Positions 6,331-15,809 of a stretch of 64,000 bases of DNA are shown one piece after another. This DNA comes from Acidimicrobiaceae bacterium (GTDB lineage: Bacteria > Actinomycetota > Acidimicrobiia > Acidimicrobiales > Aldehydirespiratoraceae). How positions within the stretch are numbered: the stretch's first letter is position 1; the number at the start of each line of letters is the position of its first letter. The stretch spans positions 4,642 through 68,641 of the forward strand of contig VXTM01000004.1 of the NCBI GenBank assembly GCA_009837445.1. The letters run 5' to 3'. The translations under genes and the position numbers were made by a program. The notes under the pieces are model-generated. The model saw nothing but the letters and a program-made list of their open reading frames with translations, did not search any database and had not been told where the DNA came from.

Positions 6331-8388
6331 TCAGTTGACGACGGTCACCCCGGCCGCGGCCATCTCCTCCAGAGCGGCCGCTGAGGAGTCGGGGGCGACG
6401 CCGGCGCAGTGGGCCACCAGCACCGACGTGTCGAACCCGGCCGCAGCCGCGTCGAGCGCAGTGGCCCGCACGCAGTAGTCGGTGGCGATGCCCACCACGT
6501 CCACGGCCTCCACTCCCCGCTCGGCGAGCCAGTCCCGCAGGCCCACGCCCTCGCTGGATCCGGCAACTCCCTCGAAGCTGCTGTAGCCGTTGCTGTACTG
6601 GCCCTTGAGGAACACCTCGTCCAGAGCCACCTGCAGGTTGGGCGAGAAGGCGGCGCCCTGGGTGCCGGCCGCGCAGTGGACCGGCCACGAGGTCACGAAG
6701 TCGGGGTTGGCGCCGGGCGCGGCGAAGTGCTGGCCGGGATCGATGTGCCAGTCCTTGGACGCGACGACGTAGCTGTAGCCGCCACCAGCCCGGTCGAGGC
6801 CCACCAGGTCAGTAAGGGAGGCGGCCACCCCGTGCCCTCCCTCCACTGCCAGCGAACCACCCTCGCAGAAGTCGTTCTGCACGTCGACGATGATCAGAGC
6901 TCTGGACATGTCGGCTCCTCCCTTCCCAGCCAGCCGCGCCAGGCCCGACGGCGCGGGCTGCCCTTGCTCTCCGTTGGCAGATTCTGTCGCGGCGGGCGAC
7001 TCCATTCCCACCCATTCGGTGGGGATGGCCGGCGACCGGCGGGGATGGGGAACCCGGTCCTCGGGTCGCAGGCCGCGCCGGCGCGCCGCGCAGCGGCTGC
7101 GGGCCTCCACCGGGTCGTCCTGCCAGGCCCGTTCGCCGCCCGCCACCAGCACCACCTGGGGATCATGAGCGTCCGCCCCGGCCCGGGGCGCGCCCACCGG
7201 CGAAAGCACTTCTGCGGTCCAGAAGCCCGACCGGTCGACGGTGCGATGCACCACTTTGCGCCCGCCCACCGTGATCTTGCCCGGCGAGAGCTTCCCAACG
7301 GCCCGCAGGGGCACGCCCGCTCCGGCGGAGTCGCCGATGGCGACCAGCTTGTAGACCACCGACGCGGTGGGATGGCCCGAGCCGGTGACCATGCTGGTGC
7401 CCACCAGGTAGGCGTCGATGGGCGCGGCGGCCTCCTCGAGTTCGGCGATCTTGAACTCGTCCAAGTCCCCGGAGGCCACGATGCGGCAGCCCTCCGCGCC
7501 GAGGGCGTCGAGCAGGGCCCGGGCCCGGATGCTGGCTGCGAGCAGGTTGCCGCTGTCGATGCGCACCGCACCGATGTCCGGGCCCACCACCTCCACCGCC
7601 CTGCGGATGCCCTCGAGCACGTCGAAGGTGTCGACCAGGTAGGTGGAGGCCGTACCCAGGGCGTCGCGCTGGGCTGCGAACGCACTCCTCTCGTCGGGGT
7701 GGGCCAGCACGAAGGCGTGGGCGGTGGTGCCGCCCGTGGGGATGCCGTAGCGCCGGCCCGCCTCCAGGTTGGAAGTGGTGTCGAACCCGCCGATATGGGC
7801 GGCCCGGGCGGCCGCCACCGCGGCGTCGGGGTCGGCGCGACGGCTGCCGCCCTCGATGAGCAGGCGGTCGTCGGCGACGTCGCGCACCCGGGCTGCGGCC
7901 GAGGCCACCGCGCAGTCGTAGTTGAGGATCGACAGCACAACCGTCTCGAGCACGACGCACTCCGCGAAGCCGCCCTCCACGGTCAGGACCGGCGAGTAGG
8001 GGAAGAAGAGCTCCCCGTCGGGGTAGCCGGTCACGTCGCCACCGAAGCGGTACGAGCGCAGCCAGTCGGCCACGTCGAGGTCCGCCACCACACCCGCATC
8101 AACGAGGTGCTCGACGGTCTCCTCGTCGAAACGGAACCGCTCGATCGCGTCGATGACCCGGTCCACGCCGGCGACGACGCCGTAGGCCCGGCCCGCCGGC
8201 AGCCGCCGGGCGAACGCCTCGAACACCGCACGGCGCTCGGCAATCCCGGACTGGAGAGCCGAGGCCACCATGGTGATCTCGTAGTGGTCGGTCTTCAGGG
8301 CCACGGAGGCACCGCGATCCACGACACAAACGTTACCGCTGGCGTGCTCCGTAGGCTCGGCGGTGATGATGACCGCGTGGGGAGTCAT
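6331..8388 (-). CDS. pncB/pncA: nicotinate phosphoribosyltransferase fused in frame to nicotinamidase/pyrazinamidase
   Basis: The N-terminal part has LKTDHYEITM...FARRLPAGRAYGVVAG (NAPRT). The C-terminal 192 aa has IIVDVQNDFCEGG...WPVHC...IATDYCV (isochorismatase-type nicotinamidase). No stop codon separates them. The start is uncertain: ATG 8397 or 8388, or GTG 8322. Confidence 0.85.
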   Translation of the reverse strand: MTPHAVIITAEPTEHASGNVCVVDRGASVALKTDHYEITMVASALQSGIAERRAVFEAFARRLPAGRAYGVVAGVDRVIDAIERFRFDEETVEHLVDAGVVADLDVADWLRSYRFGGDVTGYPDGELFFPYSPVLTVEGGFAECVVLETVVLSILNYDCAVASAAARVRDVADDRLLIEGGSRRADPDAAVAAARAAHIGGFDTTSNLEAGRRYGIPTGGTTAHAFVLAHPDERSAFAAQRDALGTASTYLVDTFDVLEGIRRAVEVVGPDIGAVRIDSGNLLAASIRARALLDALGAEGCRIVASGDLDEFKIAELEEAAAPIDAYLVGTSMVTGSGHPTASVVYKLVAIGDSAGAGVPLRAVGKLSPGKITVGGRKVVHRTVDRSGFWTAEVLSPVGAPRAGADAHDPQVVLVAGGERAWQDDPVEARSRCAARRRGLRPEDRVPHPRRSPAIPTEWVGMESPAATESANGEQGQPAPSGLARLAGKGGADMSRALIIVDVQNDFCEGGSLAVEGGHGVAASLTDLVGLDRAGGGYSYVVASKDWHIDPGQHFAAPGANPDFVTSWPVHCAAGTQGAAFSPNLQVALDEVFLKGQYSNGYSSFEGVAGSSEGVGLRDWLAERGVEAVDVVGIATDYCVRATALDAAAAGFDTSVLVAHCAGVAPDSSAAALEEMAAAGVTVVN
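6915..6922 (-). promoter_or_regulatory. internal Shine-Dalgarno (GGGAGGAG) 5 nt upstream of the Met that opens the nicotinamidase domain
   Basis: The minus strand reads GGGAAGGGAGGAGCCGAC-ATG (ATG at 6909..6907). Confidence 0.5.
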
Positions 8389-8395
8389 GCACTCC

Positions 8396-10288
8396 ATGGC
8401 GGCCGACCGCTCCGGGCTGCGAGGCAAGTCGCTCACGGCCGACACCCGGCGCCGGGTGTGGGGTTTCGCCCGCCCGTACCGAGCCTCGATCACCGCGTTC
8501 ATTCTCACCACCGTCGCCGCCACGTTCCTGGGGCTGCTGCCGCCGCTGGTGATCCGGGAGATCTTCGACTCGGCCATTGCCACCGGCGACGGCGGCTACC
8601 TGAACGTGCTGTTCGCCGTGCTGATCGCGTCAGCCCTGGGCGAGGCACTGCTGTCGCTGGTGGGGCGCCGGCTCAGCTCCGGCATCGGTGAGGGCCTGAT
8701 CTTCGATCTGCGGCTGCGGCTGTTCGACCACGTGCAGCGCATGCCGCTGGCCTTCTTCACCCGCACCCAGACCGGCACCCTGGTAAGCCGGCTCAACAAC
8801 GACGTCATCGGGGCGCAGCGGGCCTTCACCGGCACGCTCGGCACGGTGGTGGCCAACATCATCACCCTGGTCGGAACCCTGATCGCGATGCTCCTGCTGG
8901 AGTGGCGGCTCACCCTGCTGGCGGTGGTGATCCTGCCGGTCTTCGTGCTGCCCGCCCGGCGGGTGGGTCGGGGCCTCCAAGCCATCACCCGCGAGGGCAT
9001 GAACCTCAACGCCTCCATGAACAACACCATGACCGAGCGGTTCAACGTGGCCGGAGCGCTGCTGGTGAAGCTGTTCGGCCGCCACGACGACGAGGCCGCC
9101 GACTTCTCCGACCGGGCCGGGCGGGTGCGCGACATCGGTGTCCGCAGCGCCATGTACTCGCAGATCTTCCTGATCGCGCTGACCCTCGTGGGTGCGGTGG
9201 GAACCGCCATCGTCTACTGGCTAGGCGGCCATCTCGCCATCGACGGCAGCTTGAGCGCGGGCACGCTGGTGGCGCTGGGCCTGTACACGGTGCGCATCTA
9301 CGTGCCCCTGACCAGCCTGTCCAACGCCCGGGTGGACGTGATGTCGGCGTTCGTGAGCTTCGAGCGGGTGTTCGAGGTGCTCGACACGCCCAATCCGATC
9401 ACCGACGCTCCTGACGCCGGCGAGTTGCCCCGACCCGAGGGGCGGGTCGAGTTCCGGGACGTGCACTTCGCCTACCCGCCGGCCGACGGGACCCCCGAGT
9501 CGCTGGGTGTGGCCGCAGCCGGCGCCCAATCGGAGCCAGCGGACCCCGTCGAGGTGCTGTCGGGCATCGACCTGGCCATGCCTCCGGGCTGGATGGTGGC
9601 GGTGGTCGGGCCGTCGGGCTCGGGCAAGACCACGCTGGTGTCGCTGGTGCCCCGCCTCTACGACGTGACCGGCGGCGCGGTGCTGGTCGACGGCATCGAC
9701 GTCCGCCGGCTCTCGCAGGCTTCGCTGCGAGCCGCCATCGGGACGGTCACCCAGGACCCGCACCTGTTCCACGACACGGTGGCCTCGAACCTGCGCTATG
9801 CCCGGCCCGACGCCGCGGACAGCGAGCTGGTGGAGGCATGCCGCGCTGCCCGCATCCACGACGTGATCGCGGTGCTGCCCGACGGCTACGACACGCTGGT
9901 CGGTGAGCGGGGCTACCGGCTGTCGGGCGGCGAGAAACAGCGGCTGGCCATCGCCCGGATGCTGCTTAAGGACCCGGCCATCGTCATCCTCGACGAGGCC
10001 ACCTCCCATCTCGACACCGAGAACGAGGCCCTGGTGCAGGAGGCGCTGACCGAGGCGCTGCGGGGACGCACCTCGCTGGTGGTGGCCCACCGCCTGTCAA
10101 CCATCGTCGACGCCGATGTGATCGTCGTGCTCGACGAGGGCAGGATCGTAGAGACGGGCACCCACGAGGAGCTGCGCCAGGCCGGCGGCCTGTACGCCGA
10201 ACTGTACGAGGGCCTGCTGCGGGCCGAGGTCGCCGGGACCTCCGGGCCGGCCGAGACAGCCGAGGTCGCCGGACAGGCCGTGCCGTGA
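8396..10288 (+). CDS. ABC exporter, fused permease/ATPase (MsbA/type I exporter-like)
   Basis: Six-TM N-terminal domain, Walker A GPSGSGKTT, signature LSGGEKQR and Walker B ILDEATS. The start could be 8363, 8387 or 8396; 8396 is chosen to limit overlap with the divergent pncB. Confidence 0.9.
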   Translation: MAADRSGLRGKSLTADTRRRVWGFARPYRASITAFILTTVAATFLGLLPPLVIREIFDSAIATGDGGYLNVLFAVLIASALGEALLSLVGRRLSSGIGEGLIFDLRLRLFDHVQRMPLAFFTRTQTGTLVSRLNNDVIGAQRAFTGTLGTVVANIITLVGTLIAMLLLEWRLTLLAVVILPVFVLPARRVGRGLQAITREGMNLNASMNNTMTERFNVAGALLVKLFGRHDDEAADFSDRAGRVRDIGVRSAMYSQIFLIALTLVGAVGTAIVYWLGGHLAIDGSLSAGTLVALGLYTVRIYVPLTSLSNARVDVMSAFVSFERVFEVLDTPNPITDAPDAGELPRPEGRVEFRDVHFAYPPADGTPESLGVAAAGAQSEPADPVEVLSGIDLAMPPGWMVAVVGPSGSGKTTLVSLVPRLYDVTGGAVLVDGIDVRRLSQASLRAAIGTVTQDPHLFHDTVASNLRYARPDAADSELVEACRAARIHDVIAVLPDGYDTLVGERGYRLSGGEKQRLAIARMLLKDPAIVILDEATSHLDTENEALVQEALTEALRGRTSLVVAHRLSTIVDADVIVVLDEGRIVETGTHEELRQAGGLYAELYEGLLRAEVAGTSGPAETAEVAGQAVP

Positions 10289-11706
10289 GCCCGCTGATCA
10301 GCGCGGACCAGACCCTGACGGTGGGCGAGCTCGCCCAGGTTCTTCGCTGGACCTTGGACGAGGCCTTCGGTAGCGGGGTCTGGGTGTCCGGTGAGATCGA
10401 CAGCATCACGAGGCCTCGCAGCGGGCACGTCTACTTCGACCTGGTTGAGCGGCCCCAGCGGGCAGAGCCGGGAGCGCCGCCCATTGCCTCGGTCAGCGTC
10501 GTGCTGTTCCGCGACGACAAGGAACGGGTTAACGCCACGATCAAGGGGCACGGCAACACCATCCGCATGGCTAACGGGGTGAAGGTGCGCGTCCAGGGGA
10601 TGCTCGACTTCTACCCGCGGCGGGGACAGCTCCAGTTGCGGATGATCGCCATCGACCCAGCCCACACCTTGGGGGCGCTCGCGGCGGACCGTGAGGCGCT
10701 GCTGAAGGCTCTGGCCACCGAACAGATCCTGCGCCGCAACGCCGGCGTCGCCCTGGCGCCGGTGCCGCTCCGGGTCGGCCTGGTCACCTCGGTGGACAGC
10801 GCCGCCCATGCCGACATGTTGAAAGTGTTCTCCACCAGCGGCTTCGCCTTCCAGGTGTTCGAGATCGACACTCCGGTGCAGGGCGCCGATGCGCCCGCCG
10901 AGATCGCAGCTGCCATCGGCGCGGTGGCCGGTGCAGGTGTGGATGTGGTGGTGCTGGCACGAGGGGGCGGCAGCCGAACCGACCTGGTCGCTTTCGACCA
11001 CGAACTGGTGGCCAGGGCCGTCGCGATGTGCGAGCGCCCCGTGTTCACCGGCATAGGCCACGAGACCGACCGCAGCGTGGCCGACGAGACCGCTCACACC
11101 GCCTGCTCGACCCCGACAGCCGCGGCCCGTGCCGTGGTTCAGCGGGTGGAGGACTGGCTGGAACGACTCGACACCACCGCTCGCAGGATCGAGGCGTGCA
11201 GCCGCCGCGCCCTGGCCGCGGCCGAGAGCCGCACCAGCAAGGCCGCCGACGATGTGGCCCAGCAGGCGCGGGCCGCGTCCCGGCGGGCCGGGCGCAGCCT
11301 GGACGCCTCCGGCCGGAGACTCACCCAGACCGGACGGGCGGCCACCGGACGGGCCGGGCGCCGGGTGGCGGCCGTCAGCTACCGGCTGGCCCAGGCCGGA
11401 CCCGCGGCCGAACGCAGGGCCAGCAGCCGTCTCGATCGGGCCTCGGCCCGGCTGTCGGTGGCCGGCCGTCACGAGATCCGCCACGCCCAGCGCCACCTGG
11501 ATGCCATCGCTACCAGAGTCAGAGCCCTCGACCCGGCCCTGATCCTGGGTCGGGGGTGGTCGCTCACCCGCCGCGACGACGGCAGGCTGCTGCGATCGGT
11601 GCAGGACGTGTCGCCCGGCGACAGCATCGTCACCCATCTAAGCGACGGCACGCTGGACAGTACGATTCACGCCCGAAAGAGGCCGAGCGAGGACCTGAAC
11701 CAATGA
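10285..11706 (+). CDS. xseA: exodeoxyribonuclease VII large subunit
   Basis: N-terminal OB-fold context LTVGELAQVLRWTLDEAFGSGVWVSGEIDS...GHVYFDL, then a catalytic region and a coiled C-terminus. GTGA overlap with the upstream stop. Confidence 0.9.
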   Translation: MSPLISADQTLTVGELAQVLRWTLDEAFGSGVWVSGEIDSITRPRSGHVYFDLVERPQRAEPGAPPIASVSVVLFRDDKERVNATIKGHGNTIRMANGVKVRVQGMLDFYPRRGQLQLRMIAIDPAHTLGALAADREALLKALATEQILRRNAGVALAPVPLRVGLVTSVDSAAHADMLKVFSTSGFAFQVFEIDTPVQGADAPAEIAAAIGAVAGAGVDVVVLARGGGSRTDLVAFDHELVARAVAMCERPVFTGIGHETDRSVADETAHTACSTPTAAARAVVQRVEDWLERLDTTARRIEACSRRALAAAESRTSKAADDVAQQARAASRRAGRSLDASGRRLTQTGRAATGRAGRRVAAVSYRLAQAGPAAERRASSRLDRASARLSVAGRHEIRHAQRHLDAIATRVRALDPALILGRGWSLTRRDDGRLLRSVQDVSPGDSIVTHLSDGTLDSTIHARKRPSEDLNQ

Positions 11707-11942
11707 GCAGCGAAGCGTCCGCCGCGGGCGGCACCGAAGGCGAGCCCGGTTACGCCGCGGCGATGGCCGAACTCGAGCAGATCCTCCAGGAGCTCGAGGG
11801 CGAGGACCCCGACGTCGATGTGCTCGCCAACCGGGTCGAGCGGGCTGCGACGCTCATCGACGTCTGCCGGCGCTGCATCGCCAATGCCAGCGTCCAGGTC
11901 GAGCGGGTCGTGGCCGCGCTCGAGTCGGACGAGTCCACGTGA
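11703..11942 (+). CDS. xseB: exodeoxyribonuclease VII small subunit
   Basis: 79 aa, MAELEQILQELEGEDPDVDVLANRVERAATLIDVCR helical-hairpin pattern. ATGA overlap with xseA. Confidence 0.85.
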   Translation: MSSEASAAGGTEGEPGYAAAMAELEQILQELEGEDPDVDVLANRVERAATLIDVCRRCIANASVQVERVVAALESDEST

Positions 11943-13006
11943 CCGCTTCCTCGACGGGCGCCGTCGAGCCTCCCGCAGAGCTGACGACCATCGCGGCCAG
12001 GGTCCAGGCCCGTCTCGGCGAGATCCTGGCCGCCGAGCGCCGCCAATGGGCCGGGCTGGACCCGAGCCTCGACGAGCCCCTGGGCGACCTGGCCGACATG
12101 ATCCTCGGCGGCGGCAAGCGCATCCGGCCCGCCTACTGCCATTGGGGATGGCTCCTCGGCGGCGGCGACCCCAGCGGCGACGGGGCGCTCGACGGCGGAT
12201 GCGCCCTGGAGATCCTGCACGCCTTCGCATTGGCCCACGACGACGTGATGGACGGTTCCGATACCCGGCGGGGCTCGCCCACCGTGTGGCGCAAGTTCGT
12301 GAAACGCCACCGAGACCGCGCCTGGCGAGGCGAGGATCGGCGCTTCGGTGAGGCGGCCGCGGTGCTGGTGGGAGACATGGCCATGGTCCTGGCCGACCGC
12401 ACCCTGGGCCGGGTGTCAGAAGAGGCACGCGACGTGTGGGACGAACTGCGCACCGAACTCAACATGGGCCAGTACCTCGACGTCGTCGGGTCGGCCCGGG
12501 GCCGCGCCACCGCAGAGGAGGCCCGCAGGATCATCGAGCACAAGACGGCCCGCTACACGGTGGTGCGGCCGCTGCAGCTGGGTGCGGCGCTGGCCGGGCG
12601 GGCCGATCTGGCCGAGCCGCTGGCCGGCCACGGACGTCCCGTCGGCTTGGCCTTCCAGTTGCGCGACGATGTGCTCGGCGCGTTCGGGGATCCGGCCGCC
12701 ACCGGCAAGCCCGTCGGCGACGACCTGCGGGAGGGCAAGCCCACGGTGCTGATGGCTCTAGCCCGAGACGCCGCCACGCCGGTGCAGCTCACGGTGCTGG
12801 ACGCGGTCGGCTCGGAGATGGACGACCAAACCGTTGCGCAGATCCAGCAGGTGATCGTCGACACCGGCGCCCTGGCCAGCCTCGAGTCAGAGATCGCCGC
12901 GCTGCTCGAGGAGTCCCTGGCCGCGCTCGACGCGCTGCCGGATGTGCCCGCAGCCAAGGAGTCCCTGGCCGCCGCCGCCCGCTTCATTGCCCTCCGCCAG
13001 GCTTGA
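11939..13006 (+). CDS. polyprenyl (geranylgeranyl-type) diphosphate synthase
   Basis: First DDxxD context LAHDDVMDGSDTRRG and second FQLRDDVLGAFGD. GTGA overlap with xseB. Confidence 0.9.
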   Translation: MTASSTGAVEPPAELTTIAARVQARLGEILAAERRQWAGLDPSLDEPLGDLADMILGGGKRIRPAYCHWGWLLGGGDPSGDGALDGGCALEILHAFALAHDDVMDGSDTRRGSPTVWRKFVKRHRDRAWRGEDRRFGEAAAVLVGDMAMVLADRTLGRVSEEARDVWDELRTELNMGQYLDVVGSARGRATAEEARRIIEHKTARYTVVRPLQLGAALAGRADLAEPLAGHGRPVGLAFQLRDDVLGAFGDPAATGKPVGDDLREGKPTVLMALARDAATPVQLTVLDAVGSEMDDQTVAQIQQVIVDTGALASLESEIAALLEESLAALDALPDVPAAKESLAAAARFIALRQA

Positions 13007-13050
13007 ATTCTCTCTCGCGCCCGGCGGTGGGGTAGAACCCATCGGGGACA

Positions 13051-13145
13051 AGAGGCCGAGCGAATGGGTGAGCGATTCCGGTGCATACGGGCGAGGCCGT
13101 GGCCCGAGCGGCCCGTGAGCGCAAGCGAACAAGAGCGGGAATGAC
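13051..13145 (+). repeat. roughly 95-nt intergenic element, copy A (direct repeat of 42682..42775)
   Basis: Starts AGAGGCCGAGCGAA. The core ACGGGCGAGGCCGTGGCCCGAGCGGCCCGTGAGCGCA(A)GCGAACAAGAGCGGGAATGAC is identical to copy B except for a 1-nt indel. It lies just after the last gene of an operon. Confidence 0.8.
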
Positions 13146-13193
13146 TACGCCGCGGCGCGAGGCGCTGGCACGCATTCGCCGCCGCTCCAATCG

Positions 13194-14594
13194 ATGACGC
13201 TGTCAGTGGAGCTTGCCGGGATCGTCGGGAACGGCGGGGTGGAGACCGACCCGGCTGCGATCGGGGCCCGGCTGCGCGACAACTCGTGGCTGTCACCGGT
13301 GCTGTCGGGCCACATCGACGCCATGGCCGGGGCGTCCGCGGGCAGCTCGCTCGGGGTTGAGGCCGTCGTCGGGCCGGCCGACCTCGATCAGCTCTCGGCA
13401 TGCGTGGCCGCGGCCTACCGCCACGACACGCCGATCACCATGCTGGGCGCGGGGACGTCCAACTTCGGCCAGTCCATCCCGATGCGGGGCGGGATCGTCA
13501 TCGAGTTGAGCCGCCTGTGCGACATCGGTAATCCGGCCGCGGCCGCAGCCGACGGCCGCATCACCGTGGGCGCCGGTGCCCTGCTCGGCCGGGTCGACGA
13601 CGAGGTCCGCGCCCACGGCGCCGAGCTGCCGGTGGTGACCACCACCTACGCCGCCTCCCATGCGGCCGGGTGGGTGGCCGGCGGTCATGTCGGGCTGGGC
13701 AGCTCCACGTGGGGAACGATCTGGGACGGCAACATCGTCGGGGCCACCGTCATGACTTGCGAGGCCCATCCCCGGCTCCTGACCCTGGACGAGGACTCGG
13801 TCGAACCGGTGCTCCACGCCTCCGGGACGACCGGGATCATCACCGACGTGACCTTCCGGCTGGTTCCCGCCCGCTCCTGGGTGGAGATGGTGGTCGCCTT
13901 CCCCCGCTTCGACGGCGCGGCCCGCTTCGTGGTCGACCTCTCAGAGCAGACCGAGGGCATACGGGTGGCCGCAGCCCAGGAACCGATGCTCACCCCGGCC
14001 TTCACCGCCCTCGCCGGCGACGCGGCCAACGACGAGGCTCTGGTGATGACCATCGCCGAGGCGGAGGACACCGACGGCGTGTGTGCCCTGGCTGCGGCCC
14101 GGGGCGGGCGGGTAATCCCGTGGCACGGCCTGGGCGCCTCCCGGCGGCCCACCCTGGCCTACATGGTCTACGGCCACCGCATGCTGTGGGTGAAGAAGCT
14201 GTTCGCCTCGGCCGCCTTCCTGCACTGCTACCTGCCGGAGGCCCGGCCCGTCGACCAGCTCCTCGCCATCAAGGCCCGGTTCGGCGACCTGTGCCTGGTG
14301 GAGTTGAAGTACATCCGGTCCCGCTGGCTGCGCGAGCGCTGGGGCCAGGCGGGCGACGGTGTGATCTTCGCGCCGCTGGTGGGGATGGTGAACGGGCGCG
14401 ACGACCTGGACGACCTGCTCGCCTTCTGCGACGACATCGGCGTGGCCTACCAGAATCCCCACACCTTCTTCCTCGACGAGCAGGGCCTGTTCGCCGATCC
14501 GGGCCTGCTGCACCGGTTCAAGCAGGAGGTGGACCCCAAAGGCCTCTTGAACCCGGGCAAGCTGAGCGACGACGAGGTGCGAGTGGGAGGGTGA
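13194..14594 (+). CDS. FAD-binding (PCMH-type, FAD-linked) oxidoreductase
   Basis: ITMLGAGTSNFGQSIP FAD-binding segment and a C-terminal VDPKGLLNPGKL motif typical of FAD-linked oxidases. Confidence 0.85.
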   Translation: MTLSVELAGIVGNGGVETDPAAIGARLRDNSWLSPVLSGHIDAMAGASAGSSLGVEAVVGPADLDQLSACVAAAYRHDTPITMLGAGTSNFGQSIPMRGGIVIELSRLCDIGNPAAAAADGRITVGAGALLGRVDDEVRAHGAELPVVTTTYAASHAAGWVAGGHVGLGSSTWGTIWDGNIVGATVMTCEAHPRLLTLDEDSVEPVLHASGTTGIITDVTFRLVPARSWVEMVVAFPRFDGAARFVVDLSEQTEGIRVAAAQEPMLTPAFTALAGDAANDEALVMTIAEAEDTDGVCALAAARGGRVIPWHGLGASRRPTLAYMVYGHRMLWVKKLFASAAFLHCYLPEARPVDQLLAIKARFGDLCLVELKYIRSRWLRERWGQAGDGVIFAPLVGMVNGRDDLDDLLAFCDDIGVAYQNPHTFFLDEQGLFADPGLLHRFKQEVDPKGLLNPGKLSDDEVRVGG

Positions 14595-14598
14595 GGAC

Positions 14599-15012
14599 GT
14601 GAAGTTCGACCATGTGGCCATCGAGGTGAACGATTTCGACATTCGGGTCGATGCCCTCGTCAACGATGTCGGTATGACCCTCGTCCGCCACGGGATCAGG
14701 TACAGCACAGGTCAGAGAATCGCCATGCTCGGTGACGAGACGGGCGTGAAGATCGAGTTGATCGAGTCTGACGCCGGCCAGCCGACACTCGCCCATGTCG
14801 CCTTCCGTGCCGATGAGGCCGCTGCGGTCGATAAGGCCCAGGCCGGGCTGGTAGAGGCCGGCTGGTCGACGGTCAACCCGGTCCACGACCTGGCCGCAGC
14901 CAGGGCCCGGACCACCTTGGTGACCGATCGCGGCGGGCTTCACGTCCAGGTCATCGCATACCAGCCTGACAGCCCAGACCTGGGTGGGTCGGAGACGGCT
15001 GAGGAGGAGTAG
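14599..15012 (+). CDS. VOC (glyoxalase/bleomycin-resistance/dioxygenase) family protein
   Basis: MKFDHVAIEV start typical of VOC folds, then ELIES...LAHVAF. GTG start preceded by GGGAGGG. Confidence 0.7.
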   Translation: MKFDHVAIEVNDFDIRVDALVNDVGMTLVRHGIRYSTGQRIAMLGDETGVKIELIESDAGQPTLAHVAFRADEAAAVDKAQAGLVEAGWSTVNPVHDLAAARARTTLVTDRGGLHVQVIAYQPDSPDLGGSETAEEE

Positions 15013-15017
15013 CAGTC

Positions 15018-15809
15018 GTGGATCTGGGCTTGGCGGGCCGGGAGGCCCTGGTGGTGGGGGGCTCGGCCGGCATCGGTCTGGCCACCGCCCGGCTGCTGGC
15101 GGCCGAGGGGGCCTCGGTCACGATCGCGTCCCGGGACGCGGCCAGGCTGCGGGAAGCCGCGGCCAGTATCGGTCAGACGGCTCAGCCGGCCGAGGTGGCA
15201 TGGTTCCCGGTGGACGTGACCGCCGACGATGCCGAGGCCCGCCTGACCGCGCCATACGGCGACGGCAAGGGTCTCGACATCCTGATCGTCACCGTAGGCG
15301 GCAGCATCCGGGGCCGGTTCGACTCCTTCGGCGACGACGCCTGGCACGACAACTACAACATGAACGTCATCGGGCCGGTCCGGACCGTGCGGGCCCTGCT
15401 GCCCAGCCTGGGGCGGGGGCGGTCGCCGGCGATCGTGCTGCTGGGAGCGGCCGGGGCCAAGATGCCGTACGTGAACCAGGTGGTGTCGAACGTGCACAAG
15501 GCGGGGCTTCTGGCCCTGGTGAAGACCCTGTCGCACGAGCTGGCCCCCAAGGGCATCAGGGTCAACGCCATCAGCCCAGGCCGCACCCTCACCCGGCTGT
15601 GGCTGGACCGAGCCGAGCGGCTGGCGGCCGAGCAGGGCACCACCCCCGGCGAAGTCATCGAGGAGTTCGCAGCCGAGATCCCGCTGGGGCGCTTCGCCGA
15701 GCCCGACGAGATCGCCCAGGCGGTGGTGTTCGTAGCCTCCGGCCGGGCCAGCTACATCACGGGCCAGTCCATCTCGGTGGACGGCGGCATCGGCCGGGGT
15801 CTGCTGTGA
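15018..15809 (+). CDS. SDR-family oxidoreductase
   Basis: VVGGSAGIGLATARLL (TGxxxGxG-type) and the NVHKAGL (YxxxK-like position) region. GAGGAGGAG SD upstream. Confidence 0.9.
   Translation: MDLGLAGREALVVGGSAGIGLATARLLAAEGASVTIASRDAARLREAAASIGQTAQPAEVAWFPVDVTADDAEARLTAPYGDGKGLDILIVTVGGSIRGRFDSFGDDAWHDNYNMNVIGPVRTVRALLPSLGRGRSPAIVLLGAAGAKMPYVNQVVSNVHKAGLLALVKTLSHELAPKGIRVNAISPGRTLTRLWLDRAERLAAEQGTTPGEVIEEFAAEIPLGRFAEPDEIAQAVVFVASGRASYITGQSISVDGGIGRGLL

Noticed and set aside
6331-8388. Treating pncB and pncA as two separate adjacent genes.
   Set aside because: There is no stop codon anywhere between the NAPRT and nicotinamidase domains in this frame. Separate initiation of PncA remains possible, but pncB cannot terminate before 6331.
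6409-8691. 760-aa + strand ORF, plus similar very long ORFs opposite known genes: 9913..11637 (-), 16010..17272 (-), 19896..21509 (-), 21046..22566 (-), 32140..33930 (+), 34877..36436 (-), 44183..45670 (-), 47737..49305 (-), 56803..58131 (-), 58135..59055 (-).
   Set aside because: All lie antisense or out of frame to genes with clear family motifs. Their translations are Arg/Gly/Pro/His-rich with no recognisable motifs, which is the usual stop-codon-poor shadow ORF of high-GC DNA.
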